Position numbers and translations under genes: made by a program. Below are positions 1-7,593 of a DNA stretch of 64,000 bases, piece after piece. Source of the stretch: an uncultured bacterium (GTDB taxonomy: Bacteria > Krumholzibacteriota > Krumholzibacteriia > JACNKJ01); the NCBI GenBank assembly GCA_963695095.1, contig CAVOFT010000001.1, forward strand, positions 2,688,001 through 2,752,000, given 5' to 3'. The notes beneath the pieces were generated by a model. It did not search any database and was not told where the DNA came from. It worked only from the letters and a program-made list of their open reading frames with translations. Numbering within the stretch: the stretch's first letter is position 1; each line of letters starts with the position of its first letter.

Positions 1-1112
1 GCTTCCGCGGGCCAGGAGCCCAGGGGACCGAGCTCGAGATCGACGGGCGTGCCCGCCGCAAGCGGCCGCCAGTCGCCGCCGCCGGGCACGAAGACCGCCG
101 CGCCGGCGATGTCCTCGAGATCCGGCGCCGGCCGCGGCGGCGTGCCGGCGCTCGGCAGCGCGGCGCGGAAGGCGAGCCAGCGCTCGCCGGCCTCGTCCAG
201 CCAGGCCTGCCGCAACTCGCCGCGCTCCAGCGCGGCCGCCATGGCGTCCAGCAGGAACTCGGCGCCCGGCTCCCAGCGCGCCAGCGTGAGCAGGTGACAG
301 CCCGCGGCGAGGGCGGCGGCGCCGCGATCCGCGGCCGGGATCACGGCGGCCCCGGCCATCTCGAGGGCGTCGGTGATGACGAGCCCGGCAAAGCCCAGCT
401 CCCCGCGCAGACGATCGCGCATGAGATCGGGGCGGAAGGTGGCCGGCCGGGCGTCCGCATCCCCGGCGAGCTGCAGGTGCGCGCTCATGAGGGCGGGCGC
501 CGCGGCCCCGGCGCGGAAGGGAATCAGGGCCTGCCCGCGGTCCGCCGGCACGGCAGGCAGGCTGAGGTGGCTATCCTCCAGGCTGTCGCCGTGGCCGGGG
601 TAGTGCTTGATGACGGCCAGCACGCCGCCCGCCGCCAGGCCGGCGAGGGCGGCGGCCACCGCTGCAGCGGCCGCCGCGGAATCGCCGCCGAAGCTGCGCG
701 TGCCGATCACGGGATTGCGGGCGCCGTCGTCGAGGTCGGCCAGGGGAGTGATCAGGACCTCGATGCCCTGCGCGCGGGCGGCCGCCGCCATCGCCTGGTG
801 GCAACCCTGCAGAGCGGGCAGACCGGCCATCGCCTGGGCGCGGGGCGCCGGCCAGGGCAGGGCATGCAGCTGCTGGATCCAGCCGCCTTCTTCATCGAGA
901 AAGACCAGCAGCTCGCGTCCGGCCGCCTCCTCGAGGCGACGGCGCAGCGGAGTCAGCGAGGCGGCGCCTGCGGGCAGGTTGTCGCGGAACAGGATGACGG
1001 CCGGCGGCGCGTGGCGCTCGAGCAGGCGGAGGAAGTCCGCAGGCAGTTCGGGGCCGCGCCAGCCGAGCAGCCAGTGGGCCCCGATCCGGCGGTGCGCGGC
1101 CGGCGCGATCAC
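1..1112 (-). CDS. nagZ: Beta-N-acetylhexosaminidase, GH3 family (runs off window edge)
   Basis: Manual translation from GTG at 1112 (GTGA overlap with upstream stop) gives VILFRDN, FLDEEGG, KHYPGHG and ITDALEM, the NagZ/GH3 motifs. Absent from the ORF track because no stop lies in the window. Confidence 0.85.
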   Translation of the reverse strand, partial: MIAPAAHRRIGAHWLLGWRGPELPADFLRLLERHAPPAVILFRDNLPAGAASLTPLRRRLEEAAGRELLVFLDEEGGWIQQLHALPWPAPRAQAMAGLPALQGCHQAMAAAARAQGIEVLITPLADLDDGARNPVIGTRSFGGDSAAAAAAVAAALAGLAAGGVLAVIKHYPGHGDSLEDSHLSLPAVPADRGQALIPFRAGAAAPALMSAHLQLAGDADARPATFRPDLMRDRLRGELGFAGLVITDALEMAGAAVIPAADRGAAALAAGCHLLTLARWEPGAEFLLDAMAAALERGELRQAWLDEAGERWLAFRAALPSAGTPPRPAPDLEDIAGAAVFVPGGGDWRPLAAGTPVDLELGPLGSWPAE

Positions 1113-1432
1113 GCCAGCGGCTCCACGCGCACGGCCGTGCCGTAGGCGAGCAGCTCGGAGGCGCCGGGCATGATCTCCGCAGTGACGAAGCGCAGGCCGA
1201 GGACGGCGTTGGCGCCCAGTTCCTCCGCCTCGCCGCTCAAGCGATCCAGGGCCTGCTCCCGGCATTCGGCCATCATCTTCGTGTACTCGAAGACCTCGCC
1301 GCCCACCAGGTTCTTCAACTGGGCCATGACGTCGTGGCCGAGGTGGCGCGTGCGCACGGTGTTGCCGCGCACGAGGCCCAGCACCTCGACGATGCGCTGT
1401 CCGGCCAGCGCTTCCGTTGTGGCCAGAATCAT
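1109..1432 (-). CDS. YbjQ/UPF0145 family protein
   Basis: VLGLVRGNTVR...LKNLVGGE...GANAVLGLRF...LLAYGTAV is typical of YbjQ. Confidence 0.9.
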   Translation of the reverse strand: MILATTEALAGQRIVEVLGLVRGNTVRTRHLGHDVMAQLKNLVGGEVFEYTKMMAECREQALDRLSGEAEELGANAVLGLRFVTAEIMPGASELLAYGTAVRVEPLA

Positions 1433-1445
1433 GGCGACCTCCGGT

Positions 1446-1880
1446 TCAGCGAACGATGTAGCGATAGGGATCGTGAGCCCGCTCGAGCCAGCGCTCCCTG
1501 ACCTTCACGCCGAAGAGCAGGGCCAGTCCGACGAGGAGACCGGCCGCCGAGCCGCGGAAGACCAGGGGGAGCGCCGGATCGCGCAAGACGGCAATGACGG
1601 CCGCCGCGAAGAGGATCAGGGCGCCGCCGCCGGCGAAGAACCAGCCCAGATGCAGGCCGGTGCGGGCGACCACGCTGCGGGACAGGGCCTCCAGCACTTC
1701 GTCCGCGGGATCCTTGATCCGGTAGCGACTGAGTTCGCGACCGAAGGCCTCCCAGCGCCGCAGTTCCTGGCGCAGCGCGGGATCCAGCGCGAGGGCGGCG
1801 TCGAGTTCGGCGGCCTCGCCGGGCGCCAGTTCGCCGTCGAGCTTGGCCATCAAGAGCTGGCGGGCGCGATCGCTGTCCAT
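1446..1880 (-). CDS. Membrane-bound anti-sigma factor (degenerate zf-HC2 N-terminus, 2 TM)
   Basis: Directly downstream of the ECF sigma. N-terminal LDGEL motif and two hydrophobic segments. Confidence 0.7.
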   Translation of the reverse strand: MDSDRARQLLMAKLDGELAPGEAAELDAALALDPALRQELRRWEAFGRELSRYRIKDPADEVLEALSRSVVARTGLHLGWFFAGGGALILFAAAVIAVLRDPALPLVFRGSAAGLLVGLALLFGVKVRERWLERAHDPYRYIVR

Positions 1881-1881
1881 C

Positions 1882-2490
1882 TCAGGTCGCCTCCGAGGAT
1901 TCGGCCAGGGCCGGGGCTTCGCCGCCCAGCCCGGCCTCGAGCGCCCCGCGCAGCGCCGCGCGGGCGTAGAAGAGTCGGCTCATCACCGTGCCCCGGGGAA
2001 TGCGCAGCAGGGTGGCGATCTCCTGGTAGCTGAGGTCTCGGAAGTGGCGCAGGATGATGATCTCCCGGTGCTCATCGCTCAGCGTGCACAGGGCCGCCCA
2101 GAGCTTGTCTGCCCGCTCACTGGCGATCAGGGATTGCAGCGGACTGGTCTCGCGCCCGGCGGGATCGATGCCGCCATCGCTCTCGAGCACGAGTGGACAC
2201 TCCCCGTGGCGCCCGCGCTTGGCGAGGAAATTGAAGCAAAGATTGCGCAGGATCCGATAGAACCAGGGGAAGAAGGGACGCTCCACGTCGAAGCTGTGCA
2301 TGTGGGCCAGGGCGCGCAAGAAGGCCTCCTGAGTCAGGTCCCGGGCGTCCTCGAGGTCGCCGAGGAAACCGAGAGCGACCTGCAGGGCCTCCCGCCGGTG
2401 CTGGAGCACGAGGACGGCAAAGGCCTCGCGGTCGCCGTCCCGCGCGCGGCGGAGCAAGTTGGATTCGGGCTCCTGGCCGCGGGACGCCAT
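1882..2490 (-). CDS. ECF RNA polymerase sigma-70 factor
   Basis: DARDLTQEAFLRA, PWFYRILRN, LSYQEIA..L.IPRGTVMSRLFYAR. ATG at 2490 preceded by GGAGG. Confidence 0.93.
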   Translation of the reverse strand: MASRGQEPESNLLRRARDGDREAFAVLVLQHRREALQVALGFLGDLEDARDLTQEAFLRALAHMHSFDVERPFFPWFYRILRNLCFNFLAKRGRHGECPLVLESDGGIDPAGRETSPLQSLIASERADKLWAALCTLSDEHREIIILRHFRDLSYQEIATLLRIPRGTVMSRLFYARAALRGALEAGLGGEAPALAESSEAT

Positions 2491-2546
2491 CGCTACCTCC
2501 CTCCCCGGCGGGAATTCGGAGTGTAGCCCATGTTTCAGCACCCCGC

Positions 2547-2581
2547 AAAAAAAAGAGCGGGTTGCTCAGGCCCGCTCAAAA
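2547..2581 (-). terminator. Intrinsic terminator
   Basis: GAGCGGG/CCCGCTC stem followed by U8 on the minus strand. Confidence 0.75.
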
Positions 2582-2786
2582 CTCACTAGGGGGGGGAATC
2601 GCGTCTCTCCAGGCCTGTCGTATCAAGTGGCGTGCCATTCGTTCCCGCTCGCCTAAAATGAAGCCAACACGGTGCGGCAGCAGCAGTTGATCCGGCGGCC
2701 GCGCCTACACCCCCGGCGGGCATCGTCTGGAGATGCCCCCCGTCGAGGGCAGTTGGGGCGCGAGCTGTCCACCTCCGGGGACTGCC

Positions 2787-2827
2787 CAAAATGCGCCGAG
2801 GCCATCCCAGCAGGACGGCCTCGGGCG
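2787..2827 (-). terminator. Probable terminator of HU gene
   Basis: CCGAGGCC...GGCCTCGG stem just after the HU stop, with a short U tract. Confidence 0.5.
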
Positions 2828-2844
2828 AAAGCATCAGCGGAAGA

Positions 2845-3138
2845 CTAGAGCGTCTCCTTCAGCGTGGTCGAGGGCTTGAAGCCGACGGTCTTGCTGGCCT
2901 TGATCGTGATCGCCTCGCCGGTCTGCGGATTGCGGCCGGTGCGAGCCTTGCGCTTGCGGACCGTCCAGGTGCCGAAGCCGGGGTAGGAGAAGCGGCGCTC
3001 CTTGCGAATGGTCTTGCCCATGATGTCGAAGCACGCGTCCACGACTTCGCCGCAGGCCTTCTTCGTGATTTCGCCGTTGACGCTCTTGCTGTTCCAGACG
3101 GCGTCGATCAGCTCAGCCTTGGTCATTCTAGCCACCAC
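2845..3138 (-). CDS. hup: HU family DNA-binding protein
   Basis: MTKAELID...GFGTW...RKARTGRNPQTGEAITI.ASKTVGFKP. Start may be the ATG at 3126. Confidence 0.95.
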   Translation of the reverse strand: MVARMTKAELIDAVWNSKSVNGEITKKACGEVVDACFDIMGKTIRKERRFSYPGFGTWTVRKRKARTGRNPQTGEAITIKASKTVGFKPSTTLKETL

Positions 3139-3270
3139 CTTTCAGGGGTCGGAGATTGCGGACAGGGATCGTCACGGGGCTCTATGTAGGCCAAGCCCGA
3201 AAACCTGACAAGCAAAATCTTCGCGGATCCGCACTGGAGGCGGATTGGCGGGGGTCGAGGTGCCGCGGAC

Positions 3271-3726
3271 CTAGGGCTCGCGCGACTTTCCGGGGTCGAC
3301 CTCGGGCAGATCGTGGAGATCGCCCAGCGGATCGGAATCCATCGCGCGCTGGCGAAAGTCCACGGTGTTGCGGTCCCGCTGCCAGTGGGTGAGCAGGCCA
3401 TTCTCGAAGAAGAGCCGCGCGATCACAGCCGGCTGACCCTCCCCCGGATTCGGCTCGCGGAATTCGTAGACCCAGCGCTGCTCGTGCTCGGTCTTGATGC
3501 GCTGGAGCGGTCGTCCCCAGGCCAGGTAGACCTGGGTCGGATTCATCCCCTGCCGCAGTTCGCCGGCCTGGATGTTGTCGCGATAGGGATCGTCAGGGTA
3601 GAGGGCGAAGTAGCGGTCGCGCAGGGCGACGTGCTCGGGCGCTGCCGGCAAGGGACTGCGCAGCACCGGGCTGCAGGCCGGCATGCCCAAGGCAGCCAGG
3701 GCCAGGATGCTCAGCCAACGCCGCAT
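3271..3726 (-). CDS. Lipoprotein, BamE/SmpA-like domain
   Basis: Lipobox-like signal ending PAC, then GMNPTQVYLAWGRP...WVY and LFFENGLL pattern. Confidence 0.6.
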   Translation of the reverse strand: MRRWLSILALAALGMPACSPVLRSPLPAAPEHVALRDRYFALYPDDPYRDNIQAGELRQGMNPTQVYLAWGRPLQRIKTEHEQRWVYEFREPNPGEGQPAVIARLFFENGLLTHWQRDRNTVDFRQRAMDSDPLGDLHDLPEVDPGKSREP

Positions 3727-3763
3727 CGCGACCTCCCTCCGGATCCCCCCCGTCGATCCACGC

Positions 3764-5137
3764 TCAGTCTAGCGATTCGGCGGGAAGAAGCAAACCCAAA
3801 GTCGCCCGCTCGGGCAGCAACAGGCGCGCCGCCTCCTGGGCCAGGCTCTCCCGGGAAGCGGCCAGCGTCTGCTGCACGAATCGTTGGCGCCAGCGCGCGA
3901 AGTAGAGCGCTTCGCGCAGGACCTCGCGGCACCACAGCGAGAGGGCGCGCACACCGCCGTCGGCGGGCGGCGAGCCCTGACCTGCCGCGGCGTCGATGCG
4001 CGTGAAGAGCTGATCCTTGGCGGTGATCACCTGGTACTCGGAGAACTCGCCCTCCCGCAGGCGCTCGAGAACGCGCTCCACCCACGCCTCGAGCGCGGGC
4101 AATCGCTCGGGTTCGAAGCCGCGCAGCTGCAACTCGATCGGGCGCGGGCCCGGGCAGGCGAAGTCGTACCAGGCCGAGCCGGAGGCCACCAGGCCCGCAG
4201 CGCGCAGCTCGGTCTGGACGAAGAGATTCAGGACCCCCGCCAGCAGGGCGGCCGCGGGCGCGTCCTCGCTGTCTCCGGCCGGACCCGGGAAGTGATAGAG
4301 CAGCAAGGTCGGCGTCGCCGCCGCGCGCAGCAGCTCCCCGCCCTGGACGGACTGGCTGGGCCGCGAGGGGAGAGGCAGGGGATGCCCGGGCAGGGCGTCG
4401 AATCGAGCCTGCCAGGCGTCCAGGAGCGGCTGCGCTTCGAGGTCGCCCGCCAGCAGCAGCACCAGGCCGCCTGCCTGATAGCGCTCGCCGAGAAAGCGCG
4501 CCAGATCCGCCCGCGGCGGCGTTGCCCCGGCGATGGCCAGCCTGCCCTCGCCCCCTGCGTAGGGGTGTCCGGCGAAGGCTGCCGCAGCCATGGCTTCGCG
4601 CAGGGCGAGCTCCGGCGAGGTGGCCGCGCGCGCCCAGTCGGCTTCCAGTCCCTCCCAGGCGGCCTCTAGATCCTCGGGTGCGAGGCTGGCCGGGTCTTGC
4701 AGTCGCTCGATGAGGAAACCCAGAACGGTCTCGAGGCCCCTGGCCGGGCCGAGCAGGGAGATCTCGGCGCTCTCGAGGCCGCAATGGCTCTCGACGCGCC
4801 AGCCCAGGCGGGCGAGGGCCGTCTCGAGCGCCTCCCCTTGCTCCCAGGTGGCCGAGGCGCCCAGGAAGGCGCGCGGCGCAAGCAGGGGCAGCAGCGGAGC
4901 CTCTGGGCTGCTGGTCAGGCCCGCCGGCAGCGCGAGGCAGATGCAGGCCAGACCCGGGCTGATGCCCCCCGCCAGCACGACCCGCCCCCCCGCGGGCAGC
5001 CCGCGTTCCTCCCAGACCAGGGCGGCCAGCGGCCGCTCGGCCGCGCCGCCTAGGACGAGGACCGCGAGCGCCGCCGGCAGCAGGCGCGGCCAGCCGGAAC
5101 GCCAGGACCTGGCGAGCTTCTGCGGGCGAAGTGTCAG
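3764..5137 (-). CDS. Exported M16 (insulinase) family protein, probably non-catalytic subunit
   Basis: M16-like segments (FAGHPY, DLARFLGERY, LVLLLAGD) and no HxxEH. The frame extends to a CTG at 5137 carrying a signal-like peptide; the ORF track starts at GTG 4978. Confidence 0.65.
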   Translation of the reverse strand: MTLRPQKLARSWRSGWPRLLPAALAVLVLGGAAERPLAALVWEERGLPAGGRVVLAGGISPGLACICLALPAGLTSSPEAPLLPLLAPRAFLGASATWEQGEALETALARLGWRVESHCGLESAEISLLGPARGLETVLGFLIERLQDPASLAPEDLEAAWEGLEADWARAATSPELALREAMAAAAFAGHPYAGGEGRLAIAGATPPRADLARFLGERYQAGGLVLLLAGDLEAQPLLDAWQARFDALPGHPLPLPSRPSQSVQGGELLRAAATPTLLLYHFPGPAGDSEDAPAAALLAGVLNLFVQTELRAAGLVASGSAWYDFACPGPRPIELQLRGFEPERLPALEAWVERVLERLREGEFSEYQVITAKDQLFTRIDAAAGQGSPPADGGVRALSLWCREVLREALYFARWRQRFVQQTLAASRESLAQEAARLLLPERATLGLLLPAESLD

Positions 5138-5928
5138 GGTTGACTCCCGGGTTCAGGGTCGGCAGGTGGATCGGGATGGCGCAGCCCGTCCTCGAGCATG
5201 GCGAGGAAGGGCAGCAGCCAGGGGCGCAGACCATCCCGAGGCTTGCTCTGATAATCGGCTCTGACGGCGCGCAGGGCAAGGTAGTAGGCGGCGCCCGCCC
5301 GCTGGACGGCCGCTTCGCAGTAGAAGCCAGTGCCCTGCCAGCCCCTCCGCGCCAGCGCCGTGCTGAGGAGGCGACCCAGGCGACCGTTCCCATCCGCAAA
5401 GGGGTGGATGGACTGGAACTCGTAGTGGAAGCGGCCCGCCTGCAGGAAGGGATCCTCGCCGGGATCCAGGCTCTCCAGCAAGCCACCCAGCAGCTCCGGC
5501 ACGCGCGCGGCGTGAGGCGGCGCGAAGACCTGCTCGCCGCGCTCGGGCCCGGCCGCGCGCACGATGCGCACGGCGTGCCGCCGGTAGCTGCCCGCCTCGG
5601 CACTCAGCCCCTGCATCAGCAGGCCGTGCAGGTGGCGCAGGAGGGCCTCGCGCCAGGGCAGGGCAGGCGGCTGGGCGTCGATGAAGTCGAGGGCGCGCAG
5701 GCAACCCAGCAGCTCGGCGTCGGCCAGATCCTGCGGCTTTCGCTCGCCGCGCAGGAGGGCACGCGCCGTGCGCCAGGGCAGCGGATTGCCTTCGATGCCG
5801 GCAGTGGCCCAGGCCGCGTAGTGACGCCGCCGGCGCAGGGCCGCCGCCGGCGCCGGGGCCCAGCCGGTCCGGAGCTCGGCCAATTCGGCGAGGCGCGCAG
5901 TGAGATCCACCCCTTGCTCCCCCGGCAT
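5134..5928 (-). CDS. Fic family protein
   Basis: HPFADGNGRLGR catalytic motif and N-terminal TAGIEGN. Confidence 0.92.
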   Translation of the reverse strand: MPGEQGVDLTARLAELAELRTGWAPAPAAALRRRRHYAAWATAGIEGNPLPWRTARALLRGERKPQDLADAELLGCLRALDFIDAQPPALPWREALLRHLHGLLMQGLSAEAGSYRRHAVRIVRAAGPERGEQVFAPPHAARVPELLGGLLESLDPGEDPFLQAGRFHYEFQSIHPFADGNGRLGRLLSTALARRGWQGTGFYCEAAVQRAGAAYYLALRAVRADYQSKPRDGLRPWLLPFLAMLEDGLRHPDPPADPEPGSQP

Positions 5929-6004
5929 CAGGACACGCGGGCGACCCCGACGGGGCCGCCCGCAGCATGCTAGACCAGTGGCGGCGCTGAGACCAGCGCG
6001 TCCC

Positions 6005-6676
6005 TCAGGAGGCGAGGCGCTGCAGGCCGTCCACGGCCGCGATGGTGATCTGCCGGCGATCGACGTCGATCAGGCGCTTGCGCCGGAACTGGTTGAGCGT
6101 CGCCGTGGTGGTCTCGCGCGTGGAGCCGATGAGCCCGGCCAGTTCCTGGTGAGTGATGCGGCCCCGCAGGCGATCGCCGTCTGCAGCCGGCTGACCGCTG
6201 CGGCTGGCGAGATCCAGGAGCAGGGCGGCCAGACGGGCCTTGACGTCCTTGAGCAGCAAGCGCTCGATCACCTGCTGGGAAGCGCGCAGCTTGTCGCCGA
6301 GAATCGCAACCAGGGCCATGCTCAGCCCGGGGTGTTCGGCCAGGAGCTGCTGCAGGCGAGCGCGTCCGATCAACATGACGCGGCTGTCTTCCATGGCCTG
6401 GGCACTGGCCTCCCGCTCGGAAATGCCCTGCAGGCACTCCAGGCCGCAGAGTTCACCGGCTTCCACCATGCCGAGGGTCAACTCGCGCCCGCTCTCCTGG
6501 ATGCGGCTGAGCTTCAGACGACCCGAGAGGACCACGCAGAGGCCCTCGCAGGGTTCGCCCGGCAGGAAGAGGTAGCTGCCCCGCCGCAGGGTGGGCTGGG
6601 GACAGTCCAGGCTGAGGCGAAGCCTCTGCTTGGGGTCGAGAACGCCTAGGAAGTCCTGACTGGGGGTCGCGCTCAT
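6005..6676 (-). CDS. Crp/Fnr family transcriptional regulator
   Basis: cNMP-binding fold (GRLKLSR..ESGRELTL..GEL.G) and HTH THQELAGLIGSTRETTT. Confidence 0.93.
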   Translation of the reverse strand: MSATPSQDFLGVLDPKQRLRLSLDCPQPTLRRGSYLFLPGEPCEGLCVVLSGRLKLSRIQESGRELTLGMVEAGELCGLECLQGISEREASAQAMEDSRVMLIGRARLQQLLAEHPGLSMALVAILGDKLRASQQVIERLLLKDVKARLAALLLDLASRSGQPAADGDRLRGRITHQELAGLIGSTRETTTATLNQFRRKRLIDVDRRQITIAAVDGLQRLAS

Positions 6677-6734
6677 GGTCCACCTCGCTGCTGGGGGGCA
6701 GTACCGGGAATCGGGCCCCCTTTGCCTCCCTCAT

Positions 6735-6751
6735 GGCAACCCGCATGCCCA
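6735..6751 (-). promoter_or_regulatory. Putative sigma54 (-24/-12) promoter of the Crp gene
   Basis: Minus strand reads TGGGCATGCGGGTTGCC, i.e. GGCA-N6-TTGC with correct GG/GC spacing. Confidence 0.55.
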
Positions 6752-6843
6752 TATCCGGCGGTGGATTCGGCCCCGTAAATGCTTATGATGGATTTGGTTC
6801 GACCATGTAACGAAGACGCAACACGAACTGGACTCCGCGCTGC

Positions 6844-6878
6844 CTCCAGGATCTGGAATAATCTCCATGATCTGGAGA
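6844..6878. promoter_or_regulatory. Tandem palindromic sites (candidate enhancer/operator)
   Basis: CTCCAGGATCTGGA and CTCCATGATCTGGA, each TCCA-N5-TGGA, 19 bp apart. Confidence 0.5.
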
Positions 6879-6959
6879 CATAGGGAACTTTTCGGCCTGC
6901 CGGGGTTTCGCGGGGCTCAGCAAAGCCCTACCTTGAAGATACCGAGCCCAATCCCCGCA

Positions 6960-6988
6960 TTGACAGATGGCTAGTATTAAGGTAAGAA
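6960..6988 (+). promoter_or_regulatory. Putative sigma70 promoter of carD
   Basis: TTGACA-N17-TAAGAA in an AT-rich patch. Confidence 0.5.
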
Positions 6989-7020
6989 CTAGTAATCGCC
7001 GTCCGAAAAATGGAGGCAGC

Positions 7021-7506
7021 ATGGATTTCGACCAGCAGGAATTCGTCGTCTATCCACGCTATGGAGTGGGACGCGTGCTCGGGGTAGCAAAGAAGGAGTT
7101 CGCGGGGCAGGCCGAGCGCTGCCTGGGCATCCGCTTCGAGGAGCAGAATCTGGCGCTCTACATCCCGGTGCACCGTCTGGAACATGTCCGCCTGCGCAAG
7201 ATCATGTCCCGCACGATGACGACCGAGGTGATGTCCGCCATGAAATCCCGGGCCCGCTTCGATACCAGCAACAGCCACAAGGAGCGGGTCAAGCGCTACC
7301 AGGAGAAGTTCAACACGGGCGACCCCGTGGAGATGGCCGAAGTGGCCCGCGACCTGGCCCGCCTGTCCAAGCGACAGGATCTCAGCATGGAGGAAGAGGG
7401 CCTGTGCCGGGACTCCATCAACCTCCTCGCCCGTGAGATCGCCATCAGCCGGAATGGCGATCCGCAGCGCATCCGCCGGGACATCGAGACCGTCCTCTAC
7501 CGCTAG
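7021..7506 (+). CDS. carD: CarD family transcriptional regulator
   Basis: FVVYPRYGVGRV, LYIPV..L..VRLRKIM, KFNTGDPVEMAEVARDL. GGAGG precedes ATG 7021. Confidence 0.88.
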   Translation: MDFDQQEFVVYPRYGVGRVLGVAKKEFAGQAERCLGIRFEEQNLALYIPVHRLEHVRLRKIMSRTMTTEVMSAMKSRARFDTSNSHKERVKRYQEKFNTGDPVEMAEVARDLARLSKRQDLSMEEEGLCRDSINLLAREIAISRNGDPQRIRRDIETVLYR

Positions 7507-7593
7507 CCGCTCGGCGCTCCGGCCGAGGCGCCGCTTGCTGCGTCTGCCAATTTCGCCCTAGGAGCCGACCGCTCCAATCCCTATGCTCGCCGC

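Noticed and set aside
2588..2745. 6S RNA (ends can pair: TCTCCAG/CTGGAGA, G-run/C-run)
   Set aside because: I could not build the long central rod and bubble, and a promoter-like box plus terminator explains the region more simply. A covariance search would settle it.
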